A DNA stretch of 64,000 nt from Octopus sinensis (taxonomy: Eukaryota). Below, piece after piece: positions 40,215 to 54,135 of this stretch. Below the pieces are notes generated by a model. That model was not told where the DNA came from. It did not search any database and saw only the letters and a program-made list of their open reading frames with translations. The stretch lies in assembly GCF_006345805.1 (NCBI RefSeq), contig NC_043005.1, positions 20,150,001 to 20,214,000 of the forward strand, read 5' to 3'. How positions within the stretch are numbered: the stretch's first letter is position 1; each line of letters begins with the position of its first letter. The position numbers and the translations under genes are program-made.

Positions 40215-40652
40215 TATGCATACCTTTCCTTCTTGGGACACAAAACTCTACTTGTGAAGACCTGTTGAGGCAAGTGAAAATCAAAATCAAAATCGATCAA
40301 CATCAATGGAAATTGTAGCTGTGATGCCAGTGCCGGTGGCACATAAGAAAACCATCCGAACATGGCCATTGCCAGCGCCGCCCCGACTGGCCTCCGTGCC
40401 AGTGGCACGTAAAAAGCGCCATCCGATCGTAGCCGTTTGCCAGCCTCGTCTGGCACTTGTGCCGGTGGCACGTAAAAAGCACCCACTACACTCACGGAGT
40501 GGTTGGATTAGGAAGGGCATCCAGCCGTAGAAACATTGCCAGATCAGACTGGGCCTGGTGCAGCCTTCTGGCTTCCCAGACCCCAGCTGAACCATCTAAC
40601 CCATGCTAGCATGGAAAGCGGACGCTAAACGATGATGATGATGATGATGATG
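40215..40652 (+). mobile_element. RTE 3' UTR copy with internal tandem hairpin units
   Basis: Three GTGCC(G/A)GTGGCAC units, then GGAAGGGCATCCAGC...GGACGCTAAAC(GAT)n. Confidence 0.9.
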
Positions 40653-41699
40653 TTTGTGTAAGAGTTAATCAATACATACACACAGACGCAGAGAAAAGCA
40701 AGGAAAAGCAAACTTTAAAATGAAACAAAATTATATATATGTGTGTGTATGTATATATATATATATATATATATATAATCTGGTTTAATAAATAATACAA
40801 ATCACTGGCAGACACATAAGTAGCCAGTCTCATTACTAACAGATTTCACTGTTTCATTCCATCTTCAGTCTCAACTTTCACTGTCCTCCATGTCTACGAC
40901 TGCATCTGATTAGGTTACTGGTTTTTAACAGCTGTCTTTAATGAAGTATTTTAATTAATGAGTCATGAATCAATTAATTACAAAAAAATAAATAAATAAA
41001 CAAGAAACTGAGGAAATTCAAATCTGTGTTTAAGTGATAATGTCTTTAATAGAACAGCTGTTTGATTTCACTAGCAACTCATAAAACACAACTTAATGTG
41101 CAGTCTTGCACACTCACATGGAAATTCATTTATCACTATTACTACAGCAAAGATAGTGAAGATGATGCTTTGCTAATGAGCTCAGAATAATGCAGAAACA
41201 TATCTGAAGTAGCTTCTTGTACATTCTAGAAAAATTAAAATAATATCAGTCATTAGTTACTATGTTTGTCTGTTACTACATATTCATTTCATGTTAACAT
41301 ATATTTGATACTGCCTGTATTAAATATGTTAACATAACTTCACAATTGTTATTTTCATAAAGATGGCATCTCTGAATAATTTATTTTCTAAACAATCTTA
41401 GTTTTCTACCACAGCCACCAAATGTACAATCTTGCACATGTCTATTGTGATTTATTTAATTACAAGGAAGTTTATACTCTGATAATGAGGTCAGAATAAT
41501 GTTGAAACACATCTAGAGTTGTCTCCCATATTTACCAGGAAAATGAAAATATTATTAGTCACTGATTAACATTGTTTGTTTTTCATCTCCACATAATTTA
41601 TTTAATACTCCATATATTGAATATGTGAACACTAAGTTGTTCACAATGTGAAACATGCCCTGGTGGTTAGGGTGTTTGGCTCACACTCAAAAAGTCAGG

Positions 41700-41920
41700 T
41701 GTTCAATTCCCAGGTGAGACAACAGAAATTAATATGCGCCATATGCTGGTACAGCTCTCTCCCTCCTCCTTGATGTTCCATTGGATCTAGGGTGAGGAGG
41801 CCAAGAGGGTGCCTGTGCCTATATCCAACACCATAGGCACCTAAAACAATTTGTGAAAGCATTGTGATACTTGCTCCCAGATTGTACTCACTTGCAAATG
41901 ATGGCTAAGCTATTCTGGCA
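41700..41920 (-). mobile_element. Possible CRE/R2-like RLE C-terminal remnant
   Basis: VLGAYGV and ISVVSPGN occur in different frames; weak. Confidence 0.3.
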
Positions 41921-42109
41921 TATTTAAAACATGAAATACAATAATTTAAGGATACATTATATGAAGAGAAATTCTGTCAGAATTAGACATGATTTTTTTG
42001 AAATGTTAAATTTATTTTCACTGTTTTTTTTTGTTTATTTGTTTTTTTGGGGGTTTATTTTTTCTGTAAGACAATATTTCAAATAGTTTAGTCCCCTTTT
42101 GTTATCACA

Positions 42110-42760
42110 TCAGAGACCATGTTTATATATTTGTGCTCAGGTAAGGATTAAAATCATGCCCTCCTCATATTCTGGTCCATGCATGTTCTGCACACCAGTC
42201 TAATTGCTTTTCCTTGTGCACCTACATTAGGATACTGCTCCTGAATAGCTATGTAGCCTTCATGCAGAAGCCAACCATATACTGTTTCTTATTACCTACC
42301 TCTGCACAGACCACCTGCTAGAACATTGCAACAAAGCTGATGACAGGCCAAGGATCAATGTTACTATTATTTGAGTTTTGTGGCCTCTTGTCTCACATCA
42401 TCCTTCAAACAAAGTATCCACTGCTCTTCCCCGGTCAATAGAAGCCACATTGCTTCACATATAAGTCAGAACTTTTATTACACATTCTTTTGTGGGCATA
42501 TTAAAGTTTACTCTGTTTAGGACAGGACACAGATTTGTTAAGTTCCTTCTTGCCTGTTCCTAAAGTAAGTAATGTATCCAACAGCATATGTTTTACATAG
42601 GACTCTTCTTCTGGAAACTGACCTTTTATTAAAATTTTGGATTGTGTATGTTCAGGTATGAATGGTTTGTTCTTTTATAATGTTTTGTAGATTTTTCTGT
42701 TCACCTTTTTGAAATTTTGTGCTAATCTTTTCACAACTTTTTATGGGAGTGTGTTCAGTG
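42110..42760 (-). mobile_element. Decayed LINE APE-endonuclease region
   Basis: CAEVGNK and KQLDWCAEHAW...TW resemble GDFNA.VG and LL.FC.E..L.I.N...TW; many stops. Confidence 0.4.
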
Positions 42761-42795
42761 CTACCTCTATAATGTTATTGTAGTTTCCACTGTTC

Positions 42796-42994
42796 GTTAC
42801 CAAACTGTCCTCATTCTACTGTCTACTGCCAAATTGCCCTCACTCTATTGTTTACTACCAAACTGTCCTCATTCTACTGTCTACTGCCAAACTGCCCTCA
42901 CTCTATTGTTTACTACCAAACTGTCCTCATTCTACTGTCTACTGCCAAACTGCCCTCACTCTATTGTTTACTACTAAACTGTCCTCATTCTACT
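42796..42994. repeat. Minisatellite with a 58-bp higher-order unit made of two 29-bp monomers
   Basis: ACTACCAAACTGTCCTCATTCTACTGTCT alternates with ACTGCCAAACTGCCCTCACTCTATTGTTT, about 3.4 dimers. Confidence 0.9.
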
Positions 42995-45172
42995 ATAAAA
43001 CAGTCCTCACTGTTGTTTATAAAATCACTTTTTTCTTTTTGCTTTGTTCTCTTATTTTCATGTTATTTTAGCTCTGGGTCAGATTTGAATGTGCAAACCT
43101 ATGACCAAAGGCATTCTGGCACAAATCACCCCTTCCCTTTAGTAATCTTTAAGACTAGGGAGATAAGACTTTGACTGATTATCTGCTGCTCTTGTGTGTG
43201 AAGGCATGGGCAAGGCTTTTTGTAAGATTAAAAGTTGCCCAGGGATGTAACTCGCTCCTCTCCATGTCATCAATGTTATTCAAGGGAAAAGATAGCTCCT
43301 TTCAGGCCTATACAGCTTAGCACTAGTGTTATCACTGGTGTTGTTGTCTAAACACAAAGAGCTGGAGCAGATACCACAAGGCATCTTTTTTGATGCCCTA
43401 ACACTTCCACCTGACCATCACCCTGGATTGGTAAATTTTTTATCCACTTTGAAGAATAAAAGACAATGTTGACTTCAGTTGGATATGAACCTAAAACCCA
43501 GTGAGTCACAACAAATATATGAAGCATTACATCCAACATTCTATCAACACTGCCAACTTACCATCTTTGTTGAAGACTATATTATCTAATTGTCCTTCTC
43601 ATTTAAAAACGACTGGATGATTGGAGAGATATTTGGCTGCTATTCCTAGCAGGTTGCATGGTAACTTTGAGATTCCCTGACTTTGTTTGTTGTGGGTTTT
43701 GGTTTTGTTGTTTTTTAGAAATAAAACAAGATAATTCTGGAAACAAAAAGCTTGTAATGTGTGTGAGTGAGTGTAAGTGTTTGTGTAACAGTGCTTGTGT
43801 GTTTGTGTGTATTTGTCAGTATGTATCAATGTGTGTGTTGGAATGCATGAAGAGGTATGTAGTAGTCATATATGTAGATATATTGAAATACCTACACACA
43901 TACATGTGTGTGAGTTGTTGGTAATAAAAATTCAAAATTTTTTTTACATCCAGTGTTTAATTTCATTGCTTTCTGATATTGGCTTTTCTTATATTTGTTT
44001 ACACTACGTAAATCAATACAAATCTTATTAATGTCATTGTCATCAAACTAAACGTGATACAACTCTTTACATTCTGAGTTCAAATCCTGCAAAAATCAAC
44101 TTTTCTTTTCATCTCTCTAGAGGAGATGAAATAAATTTTTTTAAAAACCATCAAATATTAGGGTTGATATTTCATTAACCCCAACCTCCTTTCAACATTA
44201 CTGTGCTAATGCCTAAATTTGAAAATAATTATCATCATTATCCACACCCTCATTATTTTCAATTTCATCATCATCACCATCAAAACTAGCATCATAACCT
44301 TCATTGTTACTAGCCTCTTTACAAACCATCAAAGCCATCATTGCCATCATCAGTTTAATGACCACATCTCCTCCCGCCTGCCAAATTATGTCCAACAGGG
44401 ACACACTACAATTACTCTCCCAGTCCAGTGTACCTTTATCATCTCCACCCTTGCAAACTAAATATTTTTTTTCAGTTCTAAATTTGGTCAGCCTCTGTTT
44501 TAAAGCCAGTACATTACCATACTAGATTTTTTAAAAATGATAACTGAAGCTACCTAGATGATGTATTAAATGCACATGGTAACTGAGAGAAAAGATCTGG
44601 TCAATCAGGGCTGACCTGACGCAAACTATAACATACCTTGACTATTATGCTACATGGTATCCTGTAGTGTAGCACATCTTATGTCCTGCCATACTACACC
44701 TCCTACAACATGTCACTCAGTAAGCTTTACCACACACATACACAGGCTATCACACTACCAACTGCACACACAGTTGACCTTGACTACTACACACCACACA
44801 CTAACCTCCTCACATGACTCTGTATTACCATTCTACACCTCAGTTCACTACAGTAAAACTACAGTGACAGAATATACAGAGTTGTGTATTGCCAAGTTTA
44901 GGGAACCAAGTTTAGGGAACCAAGTTTAGGGAACCAGGACCAAATTGTAAGTAAATAAGAATGGTGGGAGTGGGAAATCCTCAATGAGTTAATTCACTGA
45001 AATTTTATTGTAAGTCAACTCTGATCTAACAGAGCTAGATTCAAAGGTAATAAATATAGCTATGACCACCATCACAAAGGAATATTTTGAGTGATTGTCT
45101 TGTATTATTGTTTTATCATTTCATTCTCAGGTCTTAATTATTTAGCAGTCTTTCATAGATCAGCAGCACTAC

Positions 45173-45213
<41 letters not shown>

Positions 45214-45394
45214 CTCTCTCTCTCTATTTATCTATCTATCTAACTATGTCCATTATAGTAATCTCCTATTCTGTCTCCCTCTATTCACTTCCTGCCTGTC
45301 CATTTCCTCTTTCTTTCAGTCTCTCATTCTCTCCCTATTTCTAATTTTCATTATTTCTTTTCTACTTTCATTATCTTTTCTATGTCATTGTCAT

Positions 45395-45730
45395 ACACAC
45401 CTCTGTGTAAACAACAGAACACACACAACACACGTCACTGTAAACAACAGGACATCTTCAACATGCTTTTGTTAACAAGAGAACGCATACAATACATGTC
45501 TATGTGAACAACAGAGCATACACAGTGCATATCTGTGTAAATAAAACACACACAATGCATCTATGTAAACGGCAGAACTTGCACACACTGCATGTCTACA
45601 TAAACAATAGACCATGTACAACACGTTTGTGTAAACAACAAAACATAGAATACTTCTGTGTAAACAACAGGACACACTCACCATACATCTCTGTCAACAA
45701 CAGAATACCCATACAACACACATTTATGTG
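45395..45730. repeat. Degenerate minisatellite of about 35 bp
   Basis: Recurrent TGTAAACAACAG(A/G)ACAC motifs. Confidence 0.75.
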
Positions 45731-46364
45731 AAAGTACCAGAACACACGATATTTATTATGTTACTTATGTTCCAGTTGTTCCATATCTGATTTGTTTTGT
45801 TGTCATAAAATGAGAGTGACTTGATCTCTGTTGTGCCAATGTGGAAGCTTCTATATGGCCAATCAATCAGCTAGAAACAGCTGTCAAATCTCCCTTGTAT
45901 TAGACCAAATCATTTTGAGAAGCAGTGTGCTCATTGGTTTACATAATGCCCAAGAAAAGAAGAGGTCCTCATGACTTCAATACCTTTGATCATAGGTTTG
46001 CTTAATCAAGGCTAATCTGCACACATACACACTCATTGCAGGGTGTGTGTGTGTATTTATTTGACTGTATTTATATATGGTTGTTTGTATTTGTATGTGT
46101 GTGAATTCATGATAGTGTGTGTGTGATTGTGTCCATGTGTTACAGAATGTACATTGTGTGTATGTGTGATCATATGTATGTGTGATTGTGTATATGTGTG
46201 CATCTTTGTCTAGAGAAGTGAGTACTTATATTTCAGGTAGAACACAGCTTCATCACACTCTAGTTTTGCTCATTACATTTTTACAAATTCTATGAAATAT
46301 TTTACAGATTCTATTAATGATGCATGCATATGTATGTGTATATATGTGGGTGCATGAATGTATG

Positions 46365-46405
<41 letters not shown>

Positions 46406-46641
46406 ATACCATTCGCCATTCTTGACACCGTCTGAACTCTCCCTCTCCACATTTTTTCATTCTCTCTCGTTTTATTTCCTCTTATTTCCTTCTGTTTGAA
46501 GATTAGACTCAATATGTAAAAAGACTTTTTCATTGTTGCTGAGCATTTTTCCTACATCAACTAATATATTTGCTTGTTGTTCACCACCTATTTTCATCTT
46601 TTGTTTTTCTATAAATTTCGACTATATTATATATATATAGG

Positions 46642-46975
46642 TCTCAATCACTTGTCACCTCCTCCAAGTGATTAAGATCTTTGACGATACATCATGCTTG
46701 AGAAGACCTATCAAGCCAAGTGAGATCACAGCCATGGTTGATGCCAGCGCTGCGTAACTGACACCTGTCCCGGTGGCACATGAAAAGCTCTCACAAATCT
46801 CTTGGAGTGGTTGGCATTAGGAAGGGCATCCAGCCATGGAAACCATGCCAAATTGGATTGTAACCTGGTGTAACTCACCATCTTACCAGTTTCCGTCAAA
46901 CCATCCAACCCATGCCAGCATAGAAAAAAGGGACATTAAATGATGATGATGATGATAATGATGATGATGATAATG
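46642..46975 (+). mobile_element. RTE-family 3' end fragment
   Basis: GGTTGGCATTAGGAAGGGCATCCAGC...GGACATTAAA(TGA)n. Confidence 0.8.
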
Positions 46976-47707
46976 ATATATATATTTCAGGAACATAACT
47001 GATTCACTACATGCTGTTTTTCATCATAGATCAGAATTGAATTAATATTGGAAATCATCAGCATTTATACATAGTTCAAAACATACTAACATGGATAAAT
47101 GGTTGTAAAATTAAAGATAACATTATCTATCTGTCTGTCTGTATATGCGACGTCCATTTTTTTTTTCCATTTTTATCGTCATTCAACAATAGATTAAGAA
47201 TATTTATTAGAGACACCTGCATAAGTTAGATTAAATTCACAACTCTTGAAAGAGGTCAATTTCAACTCATATCTTGGTGCCTGTTTTCAGCACACAAAGA
47301 CGTTGATTTGCAGAAAAATAATCACACCAGCATCAAAATACAAACATTGGAGTATTTATAGTAAGAATTCAAGAATAATTTTTGACTTTGGTATAAAAGA
47401 CCACAAAATTTGTGGCAGATTTAAAGTCAATTTAATCATTTTCAGTTCTCGATTGATACGTATTTTAAATTCATATTGACATTTATCTTCTTACAAACAC
47501 ACAACACACACACACACGCATGCGCATACATGCACACACATATACATGCACACACACACACACAATTATCTCAGTATTTAATTAATGCTCCATTGTCAAC
47601 GAATGCACTGGTATGCAAATGAGAAAAATCAGTGCTTTTAGTCATAGCATTTTTCATTCGCAGATACAAATTGCTCTTTTTCTCTCACTCTCTCAAAGTA
47701 AACACAC

Positions 47708-47741
47708 CTGATGAGCTAGCAATACCCAGGTGAAACTAGTC
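47708..47741 (+). ncRNA. Hammerhead core with decayed stems
   Basis: CTGATGA-gctagcaatacccaggt-GAAAC-TA-GTC; palindromic ACTAGT stem III, GUC triplet; stems I and II imperfect. Confidence 0.55.
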
Positions 47742-48179
47742 AAGTTGTTCTTCAATTCATTCTGAAGAGAGATCATTATGGTTGAACAACAAGGTTTATT
47801 TACAGAACAAGGCTAAACATATATTATTAAACATGCACGTAAACTTATTTATAATTATATATATATAAGCATACACACACTTGATATTGGCATCAATGTT
47901 TTAGAAATCTCATCAATGGTTCTTCATTCATTCTTTCATTTGCCGTCGTTCCATTCTCATCTTATCATTGTAGTTGTTATTTTCATTGTAGTAATAATTA
48001 TTGATGCTGTTGTTGTTTTTGTTATTGCTGTTGTTGTTTCCTACTCTCAATTGAGAACACTTGTTTTAAAGAGCTGCTGAGAGATCAATATTCTTTGAGA
48101 CAAGATGGCATTGTTCTGATATTTCTGTAGGGCAAAGAAATAGAGCCATAGATAAGTAGAAAGAGAGAATATAATAGAG

Positions 48180-48214
<35 letters not shown>

Positions 48215-48366
48215 TGTGTGTGTGTGTGTGTGTGAAAGAGAGAGAAAGGGGAGGTACGGAGAAGACAATGATGTAGAGAAAAGGAGTCAGGATAGAGAGA
48301 GAGATAGTGTGCGTATGTGTGTGTGAAAGGGGGACAGTGGTGGATTAGGCATATATATATATATAT

Positions 48367-48423
<57 letters not shown>

Positions 48424-49384
48424 AAGAAGCAACTGAGTAAGGGAGTTAGAATGAGAGAGCATGTGTGAAAGAGAAAGAAAGGTGTGTGTGTGGTGTGGAA
48501 GAGAGAGAGAATTAGAACAGTGGGATGTAAAAATGAGGTTGTGTGTGTGTGGTGTGTGTGTGTGTGTGGCACAGAGAGAGAGAGAAACTGTTAATGTAGG
48601 GGAACTGTGTTGTTGGTGTTCTTCAACAAGTGGTTAGTCAGACATAAGTACTTGCAGTGAAGTGTGACATATCAACAGTGAAAGCCTCTCCGATGTTAAC
48701 AATTACTGCTTATAACATGCATTTCTGTGAAAATATATCAGAACATTAAGGAACTGCAAAGAATTGACCTCTCTAACTACATTGATTATAAGAAGGTGGT
48801 GCTTGCTGTGGCAGCAGTTTTTGTTGTTGTTGTTTAGCTCTAGGTCAGCTCTGATAGAGCAAACCCATGATCAAAGACATTCTAGCCATGACTATCCTGC
48901 TGCCTTTTCTACCACTATTGCAATGGCCTTTGCTTCTCAGAAACTGAGTCTTGTACCACATTCCTCTAAGTGCAATTGTCTCACAACCTACCAAAAAAAG
49001 GTAAAAGAGGGGTGACAGGAAATAAGTGGTAAGTTTAGCCCTTTAGCATTTAAATCAGCCATATCCAGCCCAAATATCCGACCTGTTTTATGTTCAAACC
49101 TGCCAGATCTGGGCCCCTCATTTTTAAAAATAACTCTTGTCATTCTGAAAATATGCAATCAGATCATTAAAATGTGGAAGCTACGAGATGATGTATGATT
49201 TATTGAAAACAATGAGAATAAATAAGCATTACATTTGACAGAGTAATCTGAATGCTAAACAGCTGGTAAAAGAACTCAGTAACAATAACCAAAGGTAGCT
49301 GCAGAGTAGACAAGATAAACACACATGCAAGAAAAAGTTTCTAAAAAGAGCTATAAAGAGGAAAAGAGTATACTCTTTTTTTTT

Positions 49385-49581
49385 TACTCTTTTACTTGTT
49401 TCAGTCATTTGACTGTGGCCATGCTGGAGCACCGCTTTAATCGAGCAACTTGACCCCGGGACTTATTCTTTTGTAAGCCCAGTATTTATTCTATCGGTCT
49501 CTTTTGCCGAACCGCTAAGTAACGGGGACATAAACACACCAGCATCGGTTGTCAAGCAATGCTAGGAGGACAGACACACAA

Positions 49582-49616
<35 letters not shown>

Positions 49617-49788
49617 CATATATACGACAGGCTTCTTTCAGTTTCCATCTACCAAATCCACTCACAAGGCATTGGTCGGCCTGGGGCTATAGCAGAAGAC
49701 ACTTGCCCAAGATGCCATGCAGTGGGACTGAACCCGGAACCATGTGGTTGGTTAGCAAGCTACTTACAACACAGCCACTCCTGCGCCT
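49385..49788 (-). mobile_element. Full-length tRNA-SINE (octopus OK-like)
   Basis: AGGCGCAGGAGTGGCTGTGTTGTAAG head, GGTTCAGTCCC B box, internal microsatellite, GAAACAAGTAAAAGAGTA tail. Confidence 0.9.
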
Positions 49789-49799
49789 ATGTTAGGCAA

Positions 49800-50260
49800 A
49801 TCAAGAGTAGTGTTGGTAATTACAAGATGCATCAAAGTTTTTGAAGGATACAGTATCCAAACGGTTAATGAATGATGCGAGTAGTTTGTCCTATGCTTCA
49901 ATAATTCTGAGCTGTCTTCTACACTTGTTCCAATCTATGTTTTATACTTCTCCACACTGCGAGGTCTCAGTCCCGAATCTACACCATGATTAGAGTGTCA
50001 CAGGAAAGAACTGCATGACAGATTTCTTCAAGTCAAGCCAACTAGTAAGAACACCTAGGAGCAGACCAAGAGTGAATTGGATGGACAATGTCTGTTATCT
50101 CAGTTGGTCATTTTTGGGAATCCGATCAGGAATCCGACCAGAAAGTGTAATAACAGTTGCTTGTAATAGGACCCTATAGAGGATTTGTTTGAGGACTCTA
50201 CCCCATTGACTTTCCCAGGGATAGTGGGCAAAGAAAATAGATTGATATAGTAATATTAGG
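49800..50260 (-). mobile_element. Decayed RTE-like APE-endonuclease region
   Basis: YTFWS and HLVITNT motifs; heavily disrupted. Confidence 0.4.
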
Positions 50261-52011
50261 ACATTCTATAAGTTTCTCTACTTTGTCTGAAATGTGTGAT
50301 TGCAATTGGGCTGTCATAAAAGTCTATTCACTTTCGGTTTTGGACATAAAAGTGTGTGGTCACCATTTTCGAGATGGCATGTGGTGAGGGGTTGGTGGTT
50401 AGAGATTATTTACTCTTTCTCTCCCTATCTCTTTCTCTCTCCTTCTCACACACACATTACCTCTCTCTTTCTCTTTTCTTTTTTCTTACATTCCTCTTCT
50501 TTCTCTCTCTTTCACACACACACATACATGACCTTTCCTTCTGATTTTCTTACACACTCTCTCTCTCTCTTTCTCACTCTTGTACGTGCACTTTCTTTCT
50601 CTCACACTCACACATTTCTTTCACACTCACTCACTCTTGCCAACACAAGCACATTTTCACGCCACAAACACATTCTCACATACATACACACTCACTCTCA
50701 GTCATATGCACACAGACTTTCTTTCTCTCTCTCTTAAAATAGAGTGAGGCCCTTATGTGATACTGGATGCTGCATTGAGCAGTTAAAAAAGATTACAGCC
50801 AGCCATCAGTTAGCAACAGGTACTGTTTTCCCTAATTGTTTTGGCTGCTTATGTAATCACAAGCAGAATTGGACACCCTCTTGCTCCCCACCTTACCCTT
50901 GATCCAGTGGAGCATTCAGGATGTGATAGCTGGAGAGAAAGAGGGCTGCATCTGGTTCTTATTACAACTGAACAGAATGAAGTATTGGGAAGTGAAGTGT
51001 CTTCCTCAAGAGCACAACATATCTCTTGGTCTGGAAACTGAACTCACAATTGTACAACCATGAGTCCAACATCTTAACTACTAGCCCACACACCTTTACA
51101 TTGAACAGACATGTATTGAAATATATTGAAGCTTCTTCTTTGGCTTGTGTAGTCATCTATTTTACAGATAGGAGAGAGTTGACAGAAATCTTATTGCTAC
51201 ACTAAGTTTATTGACATTGGTCTTATGACCCCTAATTTAGAGGCAGTACAAAGTTCATTAATGTTTCATTGAGAAGGTCTAATAATAAGTTGCTTCATTA
51301 GTCTTATGGTCTATTTTTTAATAAAATAAGAAGTTTGTGGAATGAAGTTTTACTTTGTTGAGTTAGTCACATATTCACATAGAAACTGCCTTCATCTTCT
51401 CGCAGGGTCAGCAACAAGATGCATTTTTTATGTAGTTGGTAAATTCTGTGAGCTTCAGAAAAGTTTATATTATACAAGAAATTGTAGCATTCATGCCTTT
51501 TCTTGAATGCATTAGCAAGTGATATATGCAACAAGTCAGAAACAAAATGGTTACAATTGAAAACAAGCAACGAACTAGGTAGTGAACTCAGATTACCTCT
51601 ATAGTCTATATAAATTTCTTAGATGTTTGTCATATATATATTTTAAGACAGTTAATTCTGTAACACTGATGTCAGATAATGAAGAAAAAAGCACAAAGCA
51701 AATGCCGTTGATAATGGTAAATGTATTGATAATGTTAAAGTGTGGATAATGATAATGATGTTTATTGCTAAAACTAAAACTAAAAAAAAATGTATTATTT
51801 CCTATACTAATCTATTTACAGATACTTTATAGATTTTGGTCAAAATGGTAGTGAGGTAGAATTGGGAGAAGCTCATGTTTTAATATTTGTTGATATTCTT
51901 TGTTTTGTCGCATTGTTTTTATAACTTACTTTTTATTGGCTTTCTCTTTGTTTCTCTAAACTGTGAAGTTTGTCATTTATTTTCTCTCTGTTTTTAACAC
52001 ATTGTCTTTTA

Positions 52012-52071
<60 letters not shown>

Positions 52072-52970
52072 ATTCTTTCTCTATTTTTATACTCATAGTG
52101 TCTCTTTCTCAAAGTGTGTGTTATTGTGTTAAGTGTGTATTTATGTAAAAGATTGTTTTTGTTAGAATTTGAAAATTAATTTATATTTGTACATCACCAT
52201 CATCATCATCATCATCATCACCTCTGGTGGGTTTTTCTGTGTTTCTGTGCTTGTTTGGGTTAGATGGGTCTTCTTCAGCACAGAGTCTCACTATTTGCTG
52301 TGGTCATTTGTCATCTCATTTCTACAGATCAGCCTTCACCACACTTTCCCATGTCTTCCTTTTCCATATGCTCTTTCCATTTGGATTAGCTGATAATTCT
52401 TTACACAACTATAATCTTTCATACACATCACATGTCTGCACCTGTGCAGTCTTTTCTCTTGCACACTTACATTATATATCCAGTTCAACTCATTTCTCTC
52501 CAACCTTCACATATTTTCTCCATTCAGTTCCCATGTATCGCTACCATACAATATCACACTTTGTAAGCAAATACATAATCTTCCCTTCACTCATAGAGAG
52601 AATCCTTTTGTTGCTACCAATGATAATAGCTCCTTAAAGTTTTTCCATTACACTGATTTAAAAACTGTAGACAATTGTATGTGGCTTACTTTAGTGTTAG
52701 ACATGACCCTCTTAATGAATTTCACAGTTTGGTTCAATGGCAAATGATTGTCACAAATGATTGAAGATAATAGATTGCTTCTGTAATCATCTACTGCCAC
52801 AGTCATTGATGTATTTCTCCAAACTTTGGATTTCACTTTTCCCATAGTGCCACCTTGACTCCCTAGACATAAGAGATAACTTCTCTAAGGAGAATCCAGC
52901 ACTATATCAATAATGTACCTGTTGTCAATCTATATGGTGTAGCAGTGTGTGTATATATATATATATGTGT

Positions 52971-53250
52971 GGAGGCGCAATGGCCCAGTGGTAAGGGCAG
53001 CGGACTCGCAGTCGTAGGATCGCGGTTTCGATTCCCAGACCGGGCGTTGTGAGTGTTTATTGAGCAAAAACACCTAAAGCTCCACGAGGCTCCGGCAGTA
53101 CTCTTTCGCCACAACTTTCTCTCACTCTTTCTTCTGTTGGCCTGCTCGCTTAACCAGCGGGGTGGCATCATTCGAAGGCTAAAACAAAGCCAAGACGCAT
53201 TGTGACCAGCGATGTGTAGCAACATCTGATAGCCTGGTCGGTCACGGTGA
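52971..53250 (+). mobile_element. tRNA(Arg)-like SINE (octopus OR-like)
   Basis: GGAGGCGCAATGGCCCAGTGG A box, GGACTCGCAGTC anticodon arm, GTTTCGATTCC B box; CpG-rich. Confidence 0.85.
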
Positions 53251-53924
53251 TATATATATAATATAATATATATATATATATATATATATTTGCTGATGTA
53301 AATAACAGTGTGCTGCTGGTGTATAAACAATGAGTATCTGTAATAAAATTAGCAAATGTAAACATCATGAGATGAGGTGAATTTGGCTAGAGCCATCTTT
53401 ACATGTACAAATTGTGCAAAGTGAGTCGAATGGCAGTAGATTAGGTAAGAGGATGTAGAAATAAGAAAAGTGGGGTTGAGATAAACAAGGGTAGGTTGCA
53501 GGCCAAAAAGACAAAGAGGTGAAGGATTAAGGTAAGTGTATATGCCTTCTGTTCATTGATATGATATCAGGAGTATAGAAATACACCGACCTTGCAGCTG
53601 CTGATTAATAAACTTTGTAAGTGAGGCAACATATGTTACTTCTCTAATCTAAATCCAAGATCTGGATATATCTGTAAATAATCTACTTCCTAATTATTGA
53701 CCCATTCTACCCCCCCCCCACCCTACTGTCCTTCTTCAACCTCTATCTTTACTTCAACTATTTTGATTAACCTTATCACCACTGCTGCCCCTCCAGTCAT
53801 TCTCTGCTGAAAAATAATGTGAATACACACACATGCAGTCTGTAGAGCTCATCTTTTCTGTTATTGCACTTGTTTCAGTATTTTTTTTTCTGTCCTTATT
53901 CATCTATACCATATATCATTATCA

Positions 53925-54135
53925 TCATCATCAATATCAACATTGTTTAATGTCTGCTATCCATGCCATGCATTGATTGGACAGTTTGACAGGAGCCGGC
54001 CAAGGAGAAGACTACCCCAGGCTACTGTGTCTGTTTTGGCGGGGTTTTTACAGCTGGATGCCCTTCCAAATGCCAACCACTTCACAGTGTGGACTGGATG
54101 CTTTTTACATGGCACCAGCACCAGTAGGGTCACAA
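53925..54135 (-). mobile_element. RTE 3' UTR fragment
   Basis: GCTGGATGCCCTTCCAAATGCCAACCACT. Confidence 0.75.

Noticed and set aside
40845-40872. CTGAAGA-tggaat-GAAAC on the minus strand
   Set aside because: No pairable stem II and no stem I; probably chance.
42796-42994. Regular repeats suggestive of a CRISPR array
   Set aside because: Head-to-tail tandem units with no unique spacers, in eukaryotic DNA with no cas genes.
52430-52900. Possible decayed LINE RT (DDYRSNLLSSII resembling NYRPISLLS)
   Set aside because: A single weak motif; too degraded to classify.
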